DNA of 62,550 nucleotides, the filler included, from Dimorphilus gyrociliatus (Eukaryota > Animalia > Annelida), in NCBI GenBank assembly GCA_904063045.1. It is 3 parts of 3 records of this genome, joined end to end, with 100 filler letters (N's around TTAATTAATTAA, not from the genome) between each part and the next. Parts side by side here need not be neighbours in the genome. Positions count along the whole stretch, not along the records: positions 48,131 to 62,550 come from CAJFCJ010000238.1; 2 more parts are not named here. One strand, written 5' to 3'. The position numbers and the translations under genes are program-made. Under the pieces are notes generated by a model. That model saw only the letters and a program-made list of their open reading frames with translations. It was not told where the DNA came from and did no database searches. Below, in pieces: positions 58,416 to 62,550 of this stretch. Position 1 is the first letter of the stretch; each line of letters starts with the position of its first letter.

Positions 58416-59093
58416 ATGAAGAACACATCCCATTACAATTACAAACACTTTGATCCAAAGGACTATAATTTCAATGATTTTAAGGGTCCGAAACCGGGAG
58501 AAAAGTTTATCGACTTCGAGGCAAAAACGTTGGATGGAAATACTGTTAAACTATCAGATTTCCTGGATCAAACCATCATATTAGATACCGGAAGTATAAC
58601 TTGCCCTATGTATGCGAATACCAAAAGTCCCATGAATCAATTACAAGAACAATATCCTAACATGCATTTTTTGCTATTGTATGTTCGCGAAGCACACCCA
58701 GGTGGCAGAACCCAAGAAATCTCCCGCTATGAAGAAAAAATGAACAATGCAAAATCCATGGGGCATTTGTACAATGAAAAAAGAACAGTACTGGTTGATT
58801 CTATTGAGGGTACCGCACATCAATTATATGGTGCAATGCCCAATATGACTTATGTCATTGGAACAAATGGTGTGATCAAATTCAGAGCCAACTGGACCAA
58901 TATTGAAGCCTTAAAAAAGGTGCTGCAACATCCGAATAAAATCGAGACCAACGATTATTATAGTGTAATTAAACCGCCCATTTATATTGCAATAAGAACA
59001 CTTATGATAGGCGGGTTTAGAGCGTTATTTGAATTTTTAAATGGGCTGCCTCAATTGCTTAAGCAACATCAGGAAGCTGATGCAAAAAAGTAA
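58416..59093 (+). CDS. Iodothyronine-deiodinase-like thioredoxin-fold protein (Cys form)
   Basis: GSITCPMY and FLLLYVREAHP match the deiodinase motifs GSxTUP and YIxEAH. Confidence 0.7.
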   Translation: MKNTSHYNYKHFDPKDYNFNDFKGPKPGEKFIDFEAKTLDGNTVKLSDFLDQTIILDTGSITCPMYANTKSPMNQLQEQYPNMHFLLLYVREAHPGGRTQEISRYEEKMNNAKSMGHLYNEKRTVLVDSIEGTAHQLYGAMPNMTYVIGTNGVIKFRANWTNIEALKKVLQHPNKIETNDYYSVIKPPIYIAIRTLMIGGFRALFEFLNGLPQLLKQHQEADAKK

Positions 59094-59164
59094 CGCATCC
59101 CATTTCGCTATAATTAAACCCGGTCATTTATCTTTACACCCCTATTGACCTTTGACCAATAAAA

Positions 59165-59857
59165 ATGAAAAAACTATTTGCGATCATCATCGGGTTATAC
59201 ATAACTCCAACATTGTTTGCCCAAACTGATACCGTGTTTATGAACACAAAATCGGGATTATTCTCTGAATTTCAAATCATCTATCCGCAAGGGAAGCAGG
59301 GAATTCAAGAAAACTATTCTTTTTTTAAAAACCGATACTGGTTAGTGGAAACAGACACTATATCCATTGAGGCATATATCGTTACTGAAAATGGCCTTCG
59401 GGAAAATAAAAGCAGAAAGCCAAAAGTCTATGAGAAATATAGTGTTTGTGATACTACTATAAATCTAATTCGAAATAGTGCCTCATACTGGAAAATGATG
59501 GCTGATGTAAATCAAATAGCTAGAGATAAAATTGGATACGATAACAAGGATTTCAATGCCTACCAATATGGACAAGAAAACCATTTAAAGCGGCTATCCA
59601 ATCAATGTTATGCTACATATAAAACAGACGAAGAATTGCTACAGCATAAACTTATCGCTCAAATAAAGTCTATTCAAAAAACCAAACAAGACCGGTTTAT
59701 TCACCTGAAAAATAATAGTGAGTCTATCCATGCAGAAACCATTTCCAAATTCTTATCTACCTTTAATCAATGCAATGATGATCTCAAAAGTTTAGAAATT
59801 ATTATCCTAAATCAACCCAAACTATTTTTACAGGAAGTTGAAAACTGGATGAATTAG
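59165..59857 (+). CDS. Hypothetical secreted protein
   Basis: 230-aa ORF with a signal peptide. Confidence 0.6.
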   Translation: MKKLFAIIIGLYITPTLFAQTDTVFMNTKSGLFSEFQIIYPQGKQGIQENYSFFKNRYWLVETDTISIEAYIVTENGLRENKSRKPKVYEKYSVCDTTINLIRNSASYWKMMADVNQIARDKIGYDNKDFNAYQYGQENHLKRLSNQCYATYKTDEELLQHKLIAQIKSIQKTKQDRFIHLKNNSESIHAETISKFLSTFNQCNDDLKSLEIIILNQPKLFLQEVENWMN

Positions 59858-60079
59858 ATTTTTATACATTCACCTTCAAGTTAGGGGCTTTCCATAAAGA
59901 AGCAGATTTAAACAAAATGAAAGCAACTCTAAATCAATGTGATATTAAAACTTCAAGAAAGAAAAAAATCATAAGAAAATTGGACAACAAGTCTGCCCAA
60001 AGCTAAATGATCTCACAACCCATAATCGTATGAATATCCTATTAGACTTTGATCATAACATTCCAAATTTCATCAATTA

Positions 60080-60868
60080 ATGAGAATGCAATTAAAAGAC
60101 CTGGAAATGGAATACTGTTTATCGGGTGAAAAAAACACCGAAACCATTCTTTTCGTACACGGGTTGGCAGCTAACCTTTCACAATTCAAGCGACAACACG
60201 AACATTTTAGCAAAGAATTTAAAGTATTATCGGTTAACCTAAGAGGTCATGGAAATTCCAAACTATCCAATGATTTTACCAGTTCAGACTTCCAACTTTC
60301 CTTAATGGGTAATGATATTATTGAATTATTAGATTTACTACACATCGAGAATGTACATTACGTGGGTAACTCTATGGGCGGAAACGTTGGCTATGAAATT
60401 CTTAAATCTAAACCTCAGATTCTTAAGTCGTTCACCACATTTGGAACAACAGCTCAATTAAGTACTTCGCCTATTACCTTAGGAATACTGAAATTCTCCT
60501 ATTCCATTTTAAGCCTTCATCTCATTGGAAATATGTCCAAAGCAACGGGGCAAACTCTATCTTCCAAAGAACAAATTAAAGATATGATTGCCGGGGCTGA
60601 CAAATCAGTTATTCTTGCCATACTTCCTAATCTGGCAAATTTCAATTATTTGGAAGTGATCAAGAAATCTTCGGTCCCCTGCATGATCATAAAAGGTACG
60701 CAAGATCATGACATTAATAAGTCCATTGACAGTACCGTTACAGAGTTTAAGAAAAGAGGGCATTTTAATTTATTTATATCTCCGGATGTAGGTCATTTTG
60801 CCAATTTGGATAACCCCAATGTATTTAATCATGCATTGGGGAATTTTATTAAAAGTATGGTTAACTAA
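60080..60868 (+). CDS. Alpha/beta hydrolase
   Basis: FVHGL, LRGHG, GNSMGG and GHFANL. Confidence 0.9.
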   Translation: MRMQLKDLEMEYCLSGEKNTETILFVHGLAANLSQFKRQHEHFSKEFKVLSVNLRGHGNSKLSNDFTSSDFQLSLMGNDIIELLDLLHIENVHYVGNSMGGNVGYEILKSKPQILKSFTTFGTTAQLSTSPITLGILKFSYSILSLHLIGNMSKATGQTLSSKEQIKDMIAGADKSVILAILPNLANFNYLEVIKKSSVPCMIIKGTQDHDINKSIDSTVTEFKKRGHFNLFISPDVGHFANLDNPNVFNHALGNFIKSMVN

Positions 60869-60968
60869 TTATATCTATCCATTATACATCTCACTCAATT
60901 AATGTATTTTGGGCCAAAATATACTCACGACATGACGTTATAATGATCGAGTTACTTAAATCTAAAAA

Positions 60969-61585
60969 ATGAAAAAAATTATCACGCATCTAACGATTAC
61001 CATTCTTGGGCTCCTATTATTTACAATTCAACTAAAAGCACAATCTCTATCCGCTGGATTTGAATTTGGAACGGGTTCTTCTTATATGGGAGAAAACTTT
61101 GAATCGGGAAATCAAATTGATTTCAGAGCTTCCATGACTACTGGATTAAACCTAAAATACACCCCACATGATTCTTATTTCGGACTGAGACTGAATGTAC
61201 TCTATGTAAGCACTTTGTTTTATGGTCATGGTTTATGGAACTCCAAATATGACGGTGAAATCTCCACAGTCACCACGTCTATACTTTTAGAACATTTAAA
61301 CGAATACAAAAAAATCAACTTTGGATATAATTGGGGGTTGGGATTACCAGAGAGAATTATACCTCACAAGAATTATGGAACCGTAGATCAGAAGTGAGAA
61401 ACTTTATGAGCATTTCTATTGGAGGTATTCTTTCATATTCATTATCTGAAAGATCTAATTTAAATCTATCCCCTAGCCTACTTTGGACGGATCCGGTAAA
61501 TACATTCCGTACAAATAACTGGTATAGCGGTGGCGAAGATATCAGCGCTCTGATTCAATTGGGATATACCTATAAGTTGAAGTAG
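60969..61585 (+). CDS. Outer-membrane beta-barrel protein, frameshifted near 61335
   Basis: Signal peptide, alternating beta-strand pattern and terminal QLGYTYKLK, spread across two overlapping ORFs. Confidence 0.65.
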
Positions 61586-61627
61586 AAAACAATCTCACCT
61601 CATGAACAAATCATTACCTTACATTGT

Positions 61628-62298
61628 ATGGATCATTTTTATGGGTCTCATTTCATTCGATGGATAGGACAAAAACTCATGACAGCGCGTTATGAAGTCA
61701 CCCCAAACATGCTTTTAGATATTGCGCAAAAATACCCTTCAAAAAAAGAAAGTATTGAACAGAAGATCCATAATGAAGTACCCAGATTTATTGATTTCAT
61801 ATTGATTGATCATGATTTAATTCAATGCTTTTGGGGATACGATCAGCAGCTCATCAATATTAAGATTTATTCCAACAAGGAGAATAAAATGATTTATATT
61901 GACCATAATAATGAAGTTAAATTTGAATCTAAATCATTTGAGTTTGATTCTTTATCTGTCCGTCCTCAAATCGAATCGGATTCTGTTTTCACCTATCAAA
62001 TTAATGAAAAGGAGCTATACCCATCACTATTACGGTAGACCACCCCATTTCTGAAACGGACTTCAAATACCAATCTAATTTCGGGCAATATCCTGAAAAT
62101 ACTATAGTTACTGAACTCTTGATTTTTCCAAGTCGTTACATCATGGGAAGTCCAAAGGCTATGTTAACCAACGAACTAATTCCCAATAACGCACTCCATA
62201 ATATCATCAGCGTAGAAGAATATCTTCACCTGCTAAAGCACATCAAATCAAAAGACGAAAGATTACAATTTATACAAAAGCTAATAGCTAAAGAATAA
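61628..62298 (+). CDS. Hypothetical protein, probably frameshifted near 62030
   Basis: ORF 61628-62038 appears to continue in another frame to TAA at 62296-62298, abutting the next start codon. Confidence 0.45.
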
Positions 62299-62299
62299 A

Positions 62300-62550
62300 A
62301 TGATCAAATCCCTTACCATATTATTGACTGCCTTATCTCTGTTTTGGAGTTCGTCCTTAATAAATGATATTAACCTTGAAGTCAAATGGGAACGACCAGC
62401 AGTGGTCTTTCCAAAGGACAATCTATTGTCAGAAGCCAGTATAGAATTGGGGAGTTCATTATTTTTTGAGACTTTATTATCACAAGATTCTACGCTGAGT
62501 TGTCAATCTTGTCACTTGATCACAGAGGCATTCGCAGATCATTTACCCTA
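62300..62550 (+). CDS. Di-heme cytochrome c peroxidase (MauG-like) family, 5' partial
   Basis: Signal peptide, then ELG..LFFE..LS.D.TLSCQSCH (CxxCH). Confidence 0.8.
   Translation, partial: MIKSLTILLTALSLFWSSSLINDINLEVKWERPAVVFPKDNLLSEASIELGSSLFFETLLSQDSTLSCQSCHLITEAFADHLP

Noticed and set aside
56692-62298. Bacterial pseudogenisation (split OsmC, beta-barrel and hypothetical genes) as a sign of endosymbiont genome decay
   Set aside because: Single-base frameshifts in otherwise intact genes are equally explained by low-coverage consensus error.
48031-62550. Horizontal transfer of a bacterial region into the animal genome next to a retroelement
   Set aside because: The junction is an artificial N-TTAATTAATTAA-N spacer. 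The segment is intronless, operonic and compositionally distinct, so it is most simply a co-assembled contaminant or associated bacterium.

Overview
This window joins three unrelated pieces with artificial 100-nt spacers (44 N + TTAATTAATTAA + 44 N, at 22726-22825 and 48031-48130). Piece A (1-22725) is AT-rich, CpG-depleted invertebrate DNA with short introns. It holds lectin/PAN/LRR/C1q-type genes, an intact intron-containing Mutator-like transposon with TIRs and a 9-bp TSD, and mariner/Tc1/MULE relics. Piece B (22826-48030, internal gap 33885-34596) begins with a telomeric (CCCTAA/CCTAA)n array fused to a full-length Penelope-like retroelement (PLE). That PLE has three ORFs: a coiled-coil ORF1, an RT plus intact GIY-YIG endonuclease, and an ORF3 with an apparently inactivated second GIY-YIG-like domain. 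Its pseudo-LTRs (pLTRs) carry minimal hammerhead ribozymes and end in telomere-complementary tails. Further pLTR units of related families are stacked behind it, separated by short telomeric tracts, and a second near-full copy faces outward at the opposite end of the piece. Between the two copies lie ITIH-C-terminal-like genes, a small Cys-rich prepropeptide gene and older PLE relics. Piece C (48131-62550) is a bacterial contig, probably Bacteroidota, with a six-gene operon (heme-oxygenase-like diiron enzyme, ATP-grasp, CoA-ligase-like enzyme, three glycosyltransferases). The most interesting system is the endonuclease-positive, telomere-anchored, three-ORF PLE. All calls come from reading motifs by eye; no searches were run.
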